Below, piece after piece: positions 38,083 to 48,651 of a stretch of 64,000 bases of DNA (positions are counted from its first letter, which is position 1; every line of letters starts with the position of its first letter). This DNA comes from a virus (taxonomy: Duplodnaviria > Caudoviricetes). Position numbers and translations under genes: made by a program. A model generated the notes under the pieces. The model was not told the DNA's origin. It did not search any database and worked only from the letters and a program-made list of their open reading frames with translations. The stretch lies in IMG/VR virus record IMGVR_UViG_3300010163_000002, positions 64,001 to 128,000 of that record. The stretch is one strand, 5' to 3'.

Positions 38083-40443
38083 TTATTTTCTTATAAGTTC
38101 CGCTTTAATTACTCCATCCTTACAAAGTTTTACACCCTGGCTAAGACTAGAACCAAGCGGTATTGAATCTGTTTCGATTTCTAATACTTCATCTAATCGT
38201 ATTATGCGAATAGTATTATTACATGAGCACGTAAATACATTTTTAATGTAATCGCCTTTAGTAAGTTTGATTATTTTACTACCGGCTTTATTTCTATCGC
38301 TTTGTGGGAATGCTCCTTGACTAATACGATTAAATCTTCCTTTAGCTGTAACAACTACAATATCTTTAGTATCAGACGTAATTACAGAAATTCCATCTAT
38401 AGGCTCGTTAGTTTTCATTGCCTGATTACCAATGGTTGCTCTCTTAAGATATGGTATCTGTTCTATAGGCATTCTCAATGCTTTAGATTTGGTATATACT
38501 ACAATATCAGATTTCTGATTTGCAATTAATATATCACAAATCATATCATTAGGATTAAGTTTAGAATAGATAATACCAGATGGTGTAGCGTTTATTACAT
38601 CGTTTATATCCATTCTTTTAATTAATCCATTTTTACTTATAGTAACCACAAAGTATTTAGATGACTTATTCATCAAATGTTCGGCTATAGGCACATACAT
38701 CACAGTGATAATATTGCTCGTAAGCTTTTTGAGAATTAACCTGATGTCAAACCCAGGACTATTCTTGTCTGTGAATGATATTTTATGAATTGGCATTCTA
38801 AATACTTTTCCCATTTGATCAAATAGTAATATATCTTTACTATTATCACCAACTATAACGCATTTAGCATTATCGCCTTTAAATGTTCTAATTGGCTCTG
38901 CAACCTGAAGCTTCTTAATAAAGTTCTGCTCTGTGATTACAATCTTGAATTCGCCTTCTGGGATATTAGATGCCTGAGATTCTGATATGATTTTAGCCTG
39001 TCTTGGCTTACCATATTTTACTTTTATATCAAGAAGCTCTTGCTCTATCTCCTTATCTATTAAGCTCTGATTTGTAATTATATTAACAAATTCATTAACC
39101 TTATCAAGAAGCATTTTCTGTTCTTCTTTATACTTATTAAGATGGCCCTTAGACAATTTTCTAATTTCAGTGTGCAATACAAATTTAGCCTGTAAATCTG
39201 TTATATTAAGTTTCTTCATTAGCCAATTTATCAAATAGTTTTCATCCATAGATGATTGATTACGAATCATATGAATGATATTTTCCACATCGCCAGATTC
39301 AAGAATCTTAATATAAGTATCAATCTGATGTAATCTTGTCTCTGCTTTCTGAAGCCTGAAATTATATAATCTGAATTTTACCGATCTTCTAAATTCAATA
39401 AAGTTTGCTATATACGCTTTATAGCTTATACGGCCGATTTCAGTTCCATCTATAACAAGCATATTAACCCGCTTGGTATCCTGAAGACCTGCGTTTTTAT
39501 ATAATACCTGCTTTACATATTCTGGATCTGAATGTTTTTTAAGTATAATATGAATATCTAATTGCTCATCAGTAGAATGATCCTGAATGTCAGCAATCTG
39601 AACAAGCTTCTTTTCTTTAATCAAGTCCTCTATCTTTGCTGCTACATTATCATAGAATACTAAATCCGGAGTAGACAGAATATGAAGAATATCAGTATCG
39701 GTTTTAGCATTATGCTCAATTTCGATTTTGCCTCTTTCGGTATAATAGCCAAATCCTGAATTACTTATCTTCTTCCAGTCTGTATCTACTATCTCTGATT
39801 TTTGGCATGGATCTGGTACTAATACTACTTTAGCATTAGGATCGCGCAATACAGCTATAGTGGCATCGATAACCTCACCAAGATTATGTTTTGGAATTTC
39901 AATCTTATCGCCAATTGCAATACCAAAACATCCATTAACCAGAAGCAACGGTACTTTAACCGGTAAATATTCAGGTTGAATAGTGTGATTATCAAATGTA
40001 TTTTCCCAGTCTACAACCTCTCTAAATTCCTGCAGCTCTCCGATTACACATTCCATAGCGAATTTAGATAAATATGATTCTGTATATCTCATCGCTGCCT
40101 GTGGGCCGCCCTGTAAGGAACCGGAGTTTGAATCATAATTAACCAACGGTATTTTAATCTCAAACCAGTTTGTTAATGTTTTCATAGCTCCATATATTGC
40201 ATCATTTCCATGCGGATGATAACTACCCATGACTTGCCCTACAGTACCAGCAGATTTTCTTTTAGATGATATATCTACCGCTTTAATATTATTCCACATT
40301 GTATAAAGTATAGCTCTTTGTACAGGCTTTAATCCATCTTTAATATCTGGAGTAAATCTGTCATATAATATATAGATTGAATATCTTTGCATATTGTCCA
40401 TATATGCTTTCCTTGAATCTATTTTTATAATATTATCTTTCAT
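38083..40443 (-). CDS. gyrA: Type IIA topoisomerase subunit A (GyrA/ParC-like)
   Basis: DGLKPVQR, YHPHG, catalytic AMRYTE, C-terminal beta-pinwheel repeats; early motif at 40468-40476. Confidence 0.92.
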   Translation of the reverse strand: MKDNIIKIDSRKAYMDNMQRYSIYILYDRFTPDIKDGLKPVQRAILYTMWNNIKAVDISSKRKSAGTVGQVMGSYHPHGNDAIYGAMKTLTNWFEIKIPLVNYDSNSGSLQGGPQAAMRYTESYLSKFAMECVIGELQEFREVVDWENTFDNHTIQPEYLPVKVPLLLVNGCFGIAIGDKIEIPKHNLGEVIDATIAVLRDPNAKVVLVPDPCQKSEIVDTDWKKISNSGFGYYTERGKIEIEHNAKTDTDILHILSTPDLVFYDNVAAKIEDLIKEKKLVQIADIQDHSTDEQLDIHIILKKHSDPEYVKQVLYKNAGLQDTKRVNMLVIDGTEIGRISYKAYIANFIEFRRSVKFRLYNFRLQKAETRLHQIDTYIKILESGDVENIIHMIRNQSSMDENYLINWLMKKLNITDLQAKFVLHTEIRKLSKGHLNKYKEEQKMLLDKVNEFVNIITNQSLIDKEIEQELLDIKVKYGKPRQAKIISESQASNIPEGEFKIVITEQNFIKKLQVAEPIRTFKGDNAKCVIVGDNSKDILLFDQMGKVFRMPIHKISFTDKNSPGFDIRLILKKLTSNIITVMYVPIAEHLMNKSSKYFVVTISKNGLIKRMDINDVINATPSGIIYSKLNPNDMICDILIANQKSDIVVYTKSKALRMPIEQIPYLKRATIGNQAMKTNEPIDGISVITSDTKDIVVVTAKGRFNRISQGAFPQSDRNKAGSKIIKLTKGDYIKNVFTCSCNNTIRIIRLDEVLEIETDSIPLGSSLSQGVKLCKDGVIKAELIRK

Positions 40444-40556
40444 TATACTTTACCTCCTTATATTATATATAATATGCGATTATAAACCCATTTTATCAAG
40501 AGGTATCCAGGTAGACCTAAGCCTACCTGGATTAATACGATGGTTATTGTCTTTTA

Positions 40557-41186
40557 TTAATCAACCTCTTCGGCATCGTACCCATCAATCGGCATACGTT
40601 CTTCGCATGATTCAGCATCACATTCTTCTGTACATGCGTCTACAGGGGCGCCATTCGGCTCTGCACAACCGCGAGTTTCATCAGATGCACTACAGTCGCA
40701 TGCTTCACAGTCACATGAATCGGCATCGCAACTGCACGATTCACCATTGCAATCACATTCCTCAACCTCGTCTTCATCGTATGGAAGGATATTGAACTTA
40801 GTGATTGTTCCGAGTTTACCGCCGTATACAGTACAGATAAGTTCAACACACAGATCGCCGAGATCTTTGATGACATCGCGTACTTTGCTGAAGAGGATGA
40901 TTGTAAATTCCTGCTTTTCAGCATTGTAGTTTTTAACATATCCTGCTGTACAGATGCGGGTATCTTCCTGATTTTCCGGTTCAAGAATGTATCTATATGT
41001 ACCAACCGGTACAGAAATTTTGTTGAATTTCATTTCTGCCAGTACATCAAGAATCTCTTCGATCACGTTGTCGGACAGTGTGCCGTCGAAGATAAGTTTA
41101 GCCTTTACTTCATTCGGATTAGTTTTAGGCTGGGTGTTATGCTTCGGGAATGTGCTGCGTACTTTTGCTTTTTTGTTTTTGTTCAT
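40557..41186 (-). CDS. Hypothetical protein with Cys/acidic metallothionein-like tail
   Basis: Start refined to MNKNK after GGAGG; tail ECDCNGESCSCDADSCDCEACDC... Confidence 0.75.
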   Translation of the reverse strand: MNKNKKAKVRSTFPKHNTQPKTNPNEVKAKLIFDGTLSDNVIEEILDVLAEMKFNKISVPVGTYRYILEPENQEDTRICTAGYVKNYNAEKQEFTIILFSKVRDVIKDLGDLCVELICTVYGGKLGTITKFNILPYDEDEVEECDCNGESCSCDADSCDCEACDCSASDETRGCAEPNGAPVDACTEECDAESCEERMPIDGYDAEEVD

Positions 41187-41335
41187 GGTGGTTAACCTCC
41201 TGCTTAAGATATGGATTTTAGTTAATTGGTTTAGCATTAAGTAGTTTTCTCATGCTAGTAATTTTATGTACATGATTTCGTTATTTATAAATATTTACAT
41301 TTAATTAAATATTAATGGTAGTGGAGGTGGATAAA

Positions 41336-41833
41336 TTGGCAACATATGGTAGTAAATACCCACAAATTATAACCGATCCAAATGGCAATACCGCCAATTC
41401 AGATACACAAATTATAAGAATGACAGCAGAAATGTTATATGACATCATGCATCATACACATGCTGCTAAAGACATTGAAGGTTATGTCCAGGGTGGTGTT
41501 GATGAAAGTATGAGGCAAACCATAGAAGAACTCAATACCAAAGTTAACAAGCAAGATCAAACTATATCTGAATTAAAAAATACAATAAATTTGCAAGATC
41601 AAGCTATCAAAAAAATGGTTGATGCAATAAAATTACAACAACAAACAATAGACAAGCAGCAAGAAACAATAGAAACATATAAAGGAAGCATCGATAATAT
41701 ATCAAGCGATATTGAATCCATGCAGGATAATAGCGTAAAAATTTCTGATTGGGATGCTACAACTCCTGGCATTCAGGATATAGATGGAAATACAATATCA
41801 GATGGAGAACCGGTGCATGGTACTGAAATTTGA
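41336..41833 (+). CDS. Coiled-coil late protein
   Basis: TTG start after GGAGGTGG; heptad Q-x-x-T/A-I repeats; taca-tttaat-ta promoter at 41296-41307. Confidence 0.7.
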   Translation: MATYGSKYPQIITDPNGNTANSDTQIIRMTAEMLYDIMHHTHAAKDIEGYVQGGVDESMRQTIEELNTKVNKQDQTISELKNTINLQDQAIKKMVDAIKLQQQTIDKQQETIETYKGSIDNISSDIESMQDNSVKISDWDATTPGIQDIDGNTISDGEPVHGTEI

Positions 41834-41852
41834 TAAAAAATAAATATGAATA

Positions 41853-41877
41853 CCGGTAGGGGAAAAATCCCTACCGG
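41853..41877. terminator. Bidirectional terminator (same family)
   Basis: ccggtagggg-aaaaa-tccctaccgg. Confidence 0.8.
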
Positions 41878-41889
41878 ATTCTATTTGCT

Positions 41890-44193
41890 TTATATAATAT
41901 CTTCTTTACGAACTTTAATACCTCTGAAAAATACAGATTTATCAGACTGTAATTCAGTAATATATTTAAGTTCAGCTTTACAATCTTCTATTGTATATTG
42001 TTTAAGAGTTCTTCCAAGTCCTGGAATTATAGTTGACTTGCCCAACATCTTAGGGTCCATCTCGCCCAAACCCTTATAACGCGTTAGATTAGAAGGTTCA
42101 AACTCACTAAATAGATTCATCAATCCCAATAAGCTTGTTTGCGCGCCATTTACAACGTAGAATCTATCAGAATTATAAATCATATCTACCAATTCCTTAC
42201 AATCATTTAACATCTGAGCTGTACAGAACATTGTCTGATATTTAAAACCTACCAATCCTCTTATGGTTGTTATACCATTTTCTTTTGTTACTTTAGTAAA
42301 TTTAAACTGTTTCTCTACAACAGATTTAAATTTATTTGCGGATAGTTCTTTATTATATAAAACAAATTCTAGCAAAACAGGATCAATCGCATATGTTAAT
42401 GATACATGATTTATAAATTTTACATAATCAATATTATCATATAATATTTTTGTTATCTCCTGTTTTGTATATTTTCTACCGGTTAAGCTCTTTACTTCGT
42501 TCTCTGCACAAAATATATCCTGTACATATTTAACATAATCTATTTTGTTTTCAAAGAATTTCATTTTGTTCTTATTCAAAGATATTCCGTACAACGGCGG
42601 AGTTGCAGCATATAATTTACCCTGCTCAATAACAAACGGTAAATATCTTAAGAATAAACCAAATACTAAGCATTGAATATGCGCGCCATCTGCATCTGAA
42701 TCTGTTGCTATGATTACTTTAGATGGTCTAAACGCATCCGGATCAAATTTTCTTTGATATCCAGTATAACCACATATTTTGAAAATAGAAGCAACTTCCT
42801 CGTTCTCAAAATACTTTTTAGTCGGTGTAGTGAATGCGTTTATCATTTTACCCCTAATAGGCATAATGCCTTGAGTTGCCTTATCTCTATTATTTTCCAT
42901 GCCAGATGCGGCACTATCGCCCTCTGTTATGATAAGCTCAAATGCCCCTTTATGGTTGGGCTTCTTATACTTAGCCGGCATTCCTGACACTACAGATGAT
43001 GTATATTTGTCAGACATTTTGATTTTTTCACCGTCTGTTTTGATTCTTATTTCGCATACTTCTTTTAAATATTTAGAAATTCTCTGTAAATCTCCAGGAT
43101 TTAATTTTGCCCATTCGTTAAGAGCTCTAAGAGTAACATCATATACGAATGGTTTCATATCTTCCTTAGAAAAGATTTCCTTAGATTGGCCGGTAAACAT
43201 TGGACTAATATGAAAAGCTGACACTACAGCTCTTAGTCCCGTTCTAATATCCTGTGCATTAACTTGAAGTTTTTTGTTATTCGCTAAGTATATTTTGTTC
43301 ATATAATCACGAAAATACTTAACGATAGCATCCAAGAGTCCGTCGATATGTGTACCTGCCGAAGTCGGGCACATATTCGCAAAGCCCAATATATTTGGGT
43401 CGTCCATATTGGCTACGTCGTATGAAAATAATACTTCTATCTTCATCGTACCATTGTCTTCAGAAAAATGTATAGGATTAAAGACCTTCTTTTCGCATAT
43501 GTTATCCATAAGTTCATAAAGGCCATTCTTATTTTCTAATATTTCTTTTCCGGCTCTACCAAATGAATCAATATGATTAAATGTAACAATTGTCCCAATA
43601 ACACAAGTATGAACAATTAACCATATTAAGTTTCTTACTTCATTTACAGAAACCGTAATATCTCCCATCATACCAGACGGGGCAAATGTTGTAATAAGAC
43701 CATGCGACTTAGCATGTTTTCCAATATTCTGTAATCCTTTATTATCTATTACTCCTTCATTAAATACTACTTTAGCAGCCGAACCATCTTCTCTGTATGA
43801 CTCTACAATAAAGAATTTTGATAAATAGTTTGTAATAGTAGCTCCCATACCATTCTTACCAGAACTGTACTCTCCACTACCTTCTTTCTTATCATAATTT
43901 GACGATGAATGCAATATTGAAAATACAGGAACCAAATCATTAAGTTCAATTCCTGGGCCGTTATCTTCAATAATGCACACATGAGACCTTTCATCATATG
44001 ACATGTTAATTTTTTTATCTAACGTCCATCCTTTATTAATGGCATCAGTTGAGTTCTGTAATATTTCTCTGATCATATTAATGAATCCAGCATTACCCAG
44101 AGCACCAATATATACATCAGGCAATTTTCTTACAGCTTCAAGATCGCTTTTAAGGTATTCAATTTTCTTTTGTTTTTTGACTGAATCTGCCAT
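41890..44193 (-). CDS. gyrB: Type IIA topoisomerase subunit B (GyrB/ParE-like)
   Basis: EILQNSTD, DNGPG, GKNGMG, EGDSA, PIRGK, DSDADG, RYKGLGEM. Confidence 0.93.
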   Translation of the reverse strand: MADSVKKQKKIEYLKSDLEAVRKLPDVYIGALGNAGFINMIREILQNSTDAINKGWTLDKKINMSYDERSHVCIIEDNGPGIELNDLVPVFSILHSSSNYDKKEGSGEYSSGKNGMGATITNYLSKFFIVESYREDGSAAKVVFNEGVIDNKGLQNIGKHAKSHGLITTFAPSGMMGDITVSVNEVRNLIWLIVHTCVIGTIVTFNHIDSFGRAGKEILENKNGLYELMDNICEKKVFNPIHFSEDNGTMKIEVLFSYDVANMDDPNILGFANMCPTSAGTHIDGLLDAIVKYFRDYMNKIYLANNKKLQVNAQDIRTGLRAVVSAFHISPMFTGQSKEIFSKEDMKPFVYDVTLRALNEWAKLNPGDLQRISKYLKEVCEIRIKTDGEKIKMSDKYTSSVVSGMPAKYKKPNHKGAFELIITEGDSAASGMENNRDKATQGIMPIRGKMINAFTTPTKKYFENEEVASIFKICGYTGYQRKFDPDAFRPSKVIIATDSDADGAHIQCLVFGLFLRYLPFVIEQGKLYAATPPLYGISLNKNKMKFFENKIDYVKYVQDIFCAENEVKSLTGRKYTKQEITKILYDNIDYVKFINHVSLTYAIDPVLLEFVLYNKELSANKFKSVVEKQFKFTKVTKENGITTIRGLVGFKYQTMFCTAQMLNDCKELVDMIYNSDRFYVVNGAQTSLLGLMNLFSEFEPSNLTRYKGLGEMDPKMLGKSTIIPGLGRTLKQYTIEDCKAELKYITELQSDKSVFFRGIKVRKEDII

Positions 44194-44270
44194 TTATAAC
44201 ACTCCTTTCTTTAATTGTTTATTTTAAGGTTTATCGCGTTATAAAAAACAACTTGTTACAATATAATTGA

Positions 44271-44292
44271 GCGGAGGGAGTTATCCCTCCGC
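44271..44292. terminator. Terminator hairpin
   Basis: gcggaggga-gtta-tccctccgc. Confidence 0.75.
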
Positions 44293-44324
44293 CCTACTTT
44301 CTTGTTAAGTCATTATTGTAGATA

Positions 44325-45335
44325 TTAAAGTTCAATCTTCTTTTCAGACTTAACAGTCCCATCAGCCTGCTGTGTTACAGTTGAACCGTTAGGAGTTGTT
44401 CCTCCATTTACCGGCTGCTGCTGCGCAGGTCCATTCATAGGCTGCTGGGGAGTTCCAAATACAGGATTATTCATTGTCTGCTGATTTCCCATTGGGTTCA
44501 TCTGCTGTACATAATATCCCTGCTGGGGCTGACTGTATACAGATCCTCCCATCATATTGTTTGCCTGCTGTACAAACTGCTGATTCGGAGCCATAGGATT
44601 CACACCATATGGAACGCCCTGAGGAGCCTGCATAGGATTTACCATCGGATTAGCAGGCTGCATTGGCTGCTGCTGATACATATTCATTGCCGGATTCATA
44701 GGCTGTGCATAATACCCCTGCTGAGGATAATACTGCTGCGCGTAATACCCCTGAGACGGGCCATATGCCCCACCACCGAACAGACTGTTGTATGCGCTAT
44801 AAACGCCGGCATCATTAGCGTTGAATACTCCATTAGCATGATAATACTTGTTGAAGTTATTCATCGCATACTCATGAATATCCGGATACTTCTGCAACAG
44901 TGGGATCATATTAAACAGATCTCTTGTGAGCTCTGTTGGCAGATCGCCAAGCCATTTTGCATTCTGCATCTGATCCAGAAGCTGATCAACAATATCAATG
45001 ATCTCTTCTTTGGATTTCATTTCCGGTTTCCATCTTACTTGACAGATCGGACAATATACGTCGCCGCTACCATCATTAATCGGCTGCACAACATCTCTAT
45101 GGTTTTCGTCCTTATGTGTACAAATGGACCGGATAACATCGTTCCTGTCTACCGTCAGATTGATCTGTGAAGCATTTGGTCTGCTATTCCTAAGAATCTG
45201 CATTTCCTCTGATGTAAGAGCATTCTGATTAACCGGTGTCGGAATGTTAGCATAACCCATCGGATTATATCCGTACATATACGTGTTAGGGTCATACTGC
45301 TGTGCGTTTGGCTGGTAATAATTCATTACTTCCAT
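44325..45335 (-). CDS. Zn-binding protein (CTH...CPIC) flanked by Q/N/P/Y/M-rich low-complexity regions
   Basis: 336 aa; composition seen directly; AGGAGG RBS. Confidence 0.8.
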   Translation of the reverse strand: MEVMNYYQPNAQQYDPNTYMYGYNPMGYANIPTPVNQNALTSEEMQILRNSRPNASQINLTVDRNDVIRSICTHKDENHRDVVQPINDGSGDVYCPICQVRWKPEMKSKEEIIDIVDQLLDQMQNAKWLGDLPTELTRDLFNMIPLLQKYPDIHEYAMNNFNKYYHANGVFNANDAGVYSAYNSLFGGGAYGPSQGYYAQQYYPQQGYYAQPMNPAMNMYQQQPMQPANPMVNPMQAPQGVPYGVNPMAPNQQFVQQANNMMGGSVYSQPQQGYYVQQMNPMGNQQTMNNPVFGTPQQPMNGPAQQQPVNGGTTPNGSTVTQQADGTVKSEKKIEL

Positions 45336-45462
45336 TTTAATTCCTCCTATGTTTTAGATTTTTTATAATGAATATCATAACAGGTATAGAGCATTAACTC
45401 TATACCCAGCTATGATATACAATTACTTCTTTGTTTGCTAATTGATATTTTATCATTTTTAT

Positions 45463-46020
45463 TTACGAATTAGTTTTAGATTCTTCATCCTTAAGTGAGT
45501 TTATATATTTATTACGTTCCCTGACAGATAATGTTTCTTTAAATGGCTCAGTAAATTTACCTTCATAATAGCTGTCATCATCATTGATGGATTTATGACC
45601 ATCAATAATCCCCATCATCTTATTAATATCTGTAGGATACATATTTACACGATTAGGATCAAGAGCTTCTGTAAACATACTGATTATATGCTCTTTATAT
45701 TGAGCACTAATGCATCCGAGCGAATCTATTGATTCTCCCAGCAAGCTAAGTGGTAGTCTTGCTATTTCCATGCCTTGAATACATTCGTAATCATAGGCAA
45801 AGCACGTAAGTTCTCCTTCTGAGTTTTGAGGAGATTGCATTAGTTGAGGGCTGAGTAAGCGATATACATATATGATACCGTTATCATCATCCCATTTTGT
45901 GAATTGTAACTTATTAGTCTCGTCTATAACTCCATTATTATTATCGAGGAATACTCGTACAGGTATATTTTTTCCTGCCTTAAGAGCTGTTCTCATTTTA
46001 ATGAGTTTATCTTTTTCCAT
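45463..46020 (-). CDS. Hypothetical protein
   Basis: 185 aa, AAGGAGG RBS. Confidence 0.75.
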   Translation of the reverse strand: MEKDKLIKMRTALKAGKNIPVRVFLDNNNGVIDETNKLQFTKWDDDNGIIYVYRLLSPQLMQSPQNSEGELTCFAYDYECIQGMEIARLPLSLLGESIDSLGCISAQYKEHIISMFTEALDPNRVNMYPTDINKMMGIIDGHKSINDDDSYYEGKFTEPFKETLSVRERNKYINSLKDEESKTNS

Positions 46021-46097
46021 GTTATTAACCTCCTTAATGAGATAATAAACCTAGGGTTAAATAGCCCTAGGTTAAATCTGTCGCTTTACCAAAATGT

Positions 46098-46562
46098 TTA
46101 AAGGGCTGAAATCTCCCTGCTATCTATCATTTTGATATTCATTAATGTTATCTCTGGCTCACAGCCCATGCTTACATTTGTAAACATGCTAAGGATAGCC
46201 CCCCAATTCTTACTTCTTGCATTTTGAACAATCTGTTGCTGAGATGCAAATACTCTTTCCTGAATAATGTCCATAGATGGAAACATTTTGACATTTTTAT
46301 TCAGCGCCTCGTTAATATAGAAGTTTAACGAATTTGAAAGTATTGTTGCCTGCACATAATTATCTTGTGCCTCTGCAATACAAGCCTGCAGTACCTGAGG
46401 GTTACGAAAATAATTATAATCCTGAGGCTGAATTAAATCGTATCTTATATCTTTAATGATACGTTTAACATTTCTACGAATGTCATCAATTGCTACTCGA
46501 TTGAAGAAGTTGGGATCATTATTCTGCCCCCTCTTCTCTGTAAAATAACTTGGTCTGGCCAT
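46098..46562 (-). CDS. Hypothetical protein
   Basis: 154 aa, AGGAGG RBS. Confidence 0.75.
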   Translation of the reverse strand: MARPSYFTEKRGQNNDPNFFNRVAIDDIRRNVKRIIKDIRYDLIQPQDYNYFRNPQVLQACIAEAQDNYVQATILSNSLNFYINEALNKNVKMFPSMDIIQERVFASQQQIVQNARSKNWGAILSMFTNVSMGCEPEITLMNIKMIDSREISAL

Positions 46563-46580
46563 TTACTTATCCTCCTCTAA

Positions 46581-46946
46581 TTATTCCACCTTACCATATC
46601 TAATTGGCGTATCGTCGCAACATAAAGTAACATTTGGAACCACAGTATAACCTTCTGGTTCGATTCCATTTTGTGCAGCAAACTCATTAGCTTGTTTTTC
46701 AGATTCAAACTCTATGGTTTGTAATGCATCTCCATTACTATACAGCAAATATCCATCAGATATTATATTTTTTATGCAATATAATGTAATATTTTCTATT
46801 GAATCAAAAATATCATCTTCAACTAGTTTTTCTTTGCCGCATTTTGGGCAATAGCCGTAATTCATTCCAGTGAATGAATTTTTCATATCTGGAAGTATAA
46901 AACCACCACAGTTTTTATGGCGTTTTACGATTCTTTTATTTTCCAT
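46581..46946 (-). CDS. Zinc-ribbon protein
   Basis: HKNC...CPKC. Confidence 0.7.
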   Translation of the reverse strand: MENKRIVKRHKNCGGFILPDMKNSFTGMNYGYCPKCGKEKLVEDDIFDSIENITLYCIKNIISDGYLLYSNGDALQTIEFESEKQANEFAAQNGIEPEGYTVVPNVTLCCDDTPIRYGKVE

Positions 46947-46960
46947 TCACTTATCCTCCT

Positions 46961-47377
46961 CTATTTTAACTCATTCATTGATATATTACCATCCATGAAT
47001 GATTCCATACCGACTTTAGCTGAATTATCTACTTCTAAACTAATATCGTTAATACGTTTAAATTCTTCCTCATCCCAATCACCTTTGATATATTCATCAA
47101 TATCAAAGCCATCATCATAGAAGTCTCCCACATATTTCATAAACGCATAAATTGATTTACGCTCATTCAATTTGCAGCTTTCTACAAGAATAAAACTACG
47201 TTCGAAATTTACACTTTCGAAAATGAGACAATCCTTAATCAGCTCGTATGCTGCCGTTCTACCTGTAACAATGTCCCATAAATCTGCAGCATCATTTAAT
47301 GCCAAGCATATTAAGTACTGTTTTAACTCAGGATTTTTCTGAGTATTATCAATAATTCTTACCATTTCTTTACCCAT
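46961..47377 (-). CDS. Hypothetical early protein
   Basis: 138 aa; early motif at 47425-47433. Confidence 0.75.
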   Translation of the reverse strand: MGKEMVRIIDNTQKNPELKQYLICLALNDAADLWDIVTGRTAAYELIKDCLIFESVNFERSFILVESCKLNERKSIYAFMKYVGDFYDDGFDIDEYIKGDWDEEEFKRINDISLEVDNSAKVGMESFMDGNISMNELK

Positions 47378-47448
47378 TATAAATTCCTCCTTTTTATTTA
47401 AACATTATTGTTTTCTTATATCGTTATAATATACTACTAAAACGTATT

Positions 47449-48651
47449 TTACGCTTTTACGTATATTAATGCGGTATCTGCTCTAGATGCACCTACAAGA
47501 TTTAATGCATTTTGGCTAGTTCTTGAGCAATGTTCTTCTATATAAACGACTTTACCCCATTGCCCTCCTTGGCTTAGGTATGTCGTTATGGCATAAGCGA
47601 ATTCAAATAAGTTACCTTTAGTATATTTATTATTTTTTATTGTGTTTCTTATAGTATAATCTGAAGTAATGTATTTATAGTTGCATCTGGAATTAAAGAA
47701 TATAGCGTTTGGAGCCATTTCAGGAGCAAATGTCATACTAAATAATTCCCCATCATAAGATGAAACATCTGGATTCGTTAATACTTTACATATTAATCCA
47801 TTTGTTAGATTTATTTCTGTACCATTGCTTAATGACACCCCTTCAAGCCAATTATTTGATCTAGATACTACTTTTTCTCCAAATTGAGGTAATTCTGATG
47901 TATATCCTTTAAGTGAACGTACACGAGCATTTAATTCATCTCTTGTTTTATTAGTACCGCATATTATTATATCGGCCCATAACAACATATCGTCAGTTAA
48001 TTGATTTCTGTTAATTACCAGGCTATTACCATAATAACCATTTGGTATGCCGTATCCTTGACCAACGCATGTGGCTATATAATTGATATCATCCTTACCA
48101 ATTTGTCTCATGCATTTTGTTAATCTTAGTATTTTGCCACCATTAAGAAATGCTGGTTCGTCTCCTATAGGTGGTAACTGATGTTCGTCACCACATACAA
48201 GAATTTTTATACCAAACTCTTTAATACATTCGCCTATACTTGCTGGCAAGCAATATCCTTCATCTATAACTATAAGTTCTATTTTATCATCAAGCTTATA
48301 ACGTTTACAAAACTTTTGTACCATAATTGGTACATTAAGAAGATTATCGTACATTATATGCCCGTATTTATCTCTCATTGGTTCTCCCACAACATTAAAT
48401 ACCCATGAATGGGCTGTCTTTGCTGTAGGAAAACCTTTCATACGCATTACTAAAGATGCTGTTCCTGTAAAGCTCATAGGCGCAACTTCAGTGTTTAAAT
48501 CTAATCCTAAGGTTTTAACTATTTCCATTAGCACTACAGATTTTCCTGCTCCTGGCACTCCAGCATATTGAAATACTTGATCGCCGCTAAGATGAAACCA
48601 TTTTACAGCTTCTCTCACTATAGTTTTCTGTTCATCATTTAATGTAAACAT
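47449..48651 (-). CDS. SF1B helicase (Dda/RecD-like)
   Basis: GVPGAGKS, SFTGTAS, IDEG, GDEHQLPP, MRQ, YAITTYLSQG. Confidence 0.88.
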   Translation of the reverse strand: MFTLNDEQKTIVREAVKWFHLSGDQVFQYAGVPGAGKSVVLMEIVKTLGLDLNTEVAPMSFTGTASLVMRMKGFPTAKTAHSWVFNVVGEPMRDKYGHIMYDNLLNVPIMVQKFCKRYKLDDKIELIVIDEGYCLPASIGECIKEFGIKILVCGDEHQLPPIGDEPAFLNGGKILRLTKCMRQIGKDDINYIATCVGQGYGIPNGYYGNSLVINRNQLTDDMLLWADIIICGTNKTRDELNARVRSLKGYTSELPQFGEKVVSRSNNWLEGVSLSNGTEINLTNGLICKVLTNPDVSSYDGELFSMTFAPEMAPNAIFFNSRCNYKYITSDYTIRNTIKNNKYTKGNLFEFAYAITTYLSQGGQWGKVVYIEEHCSRTSQNALNLVGASRADTALIYVKA

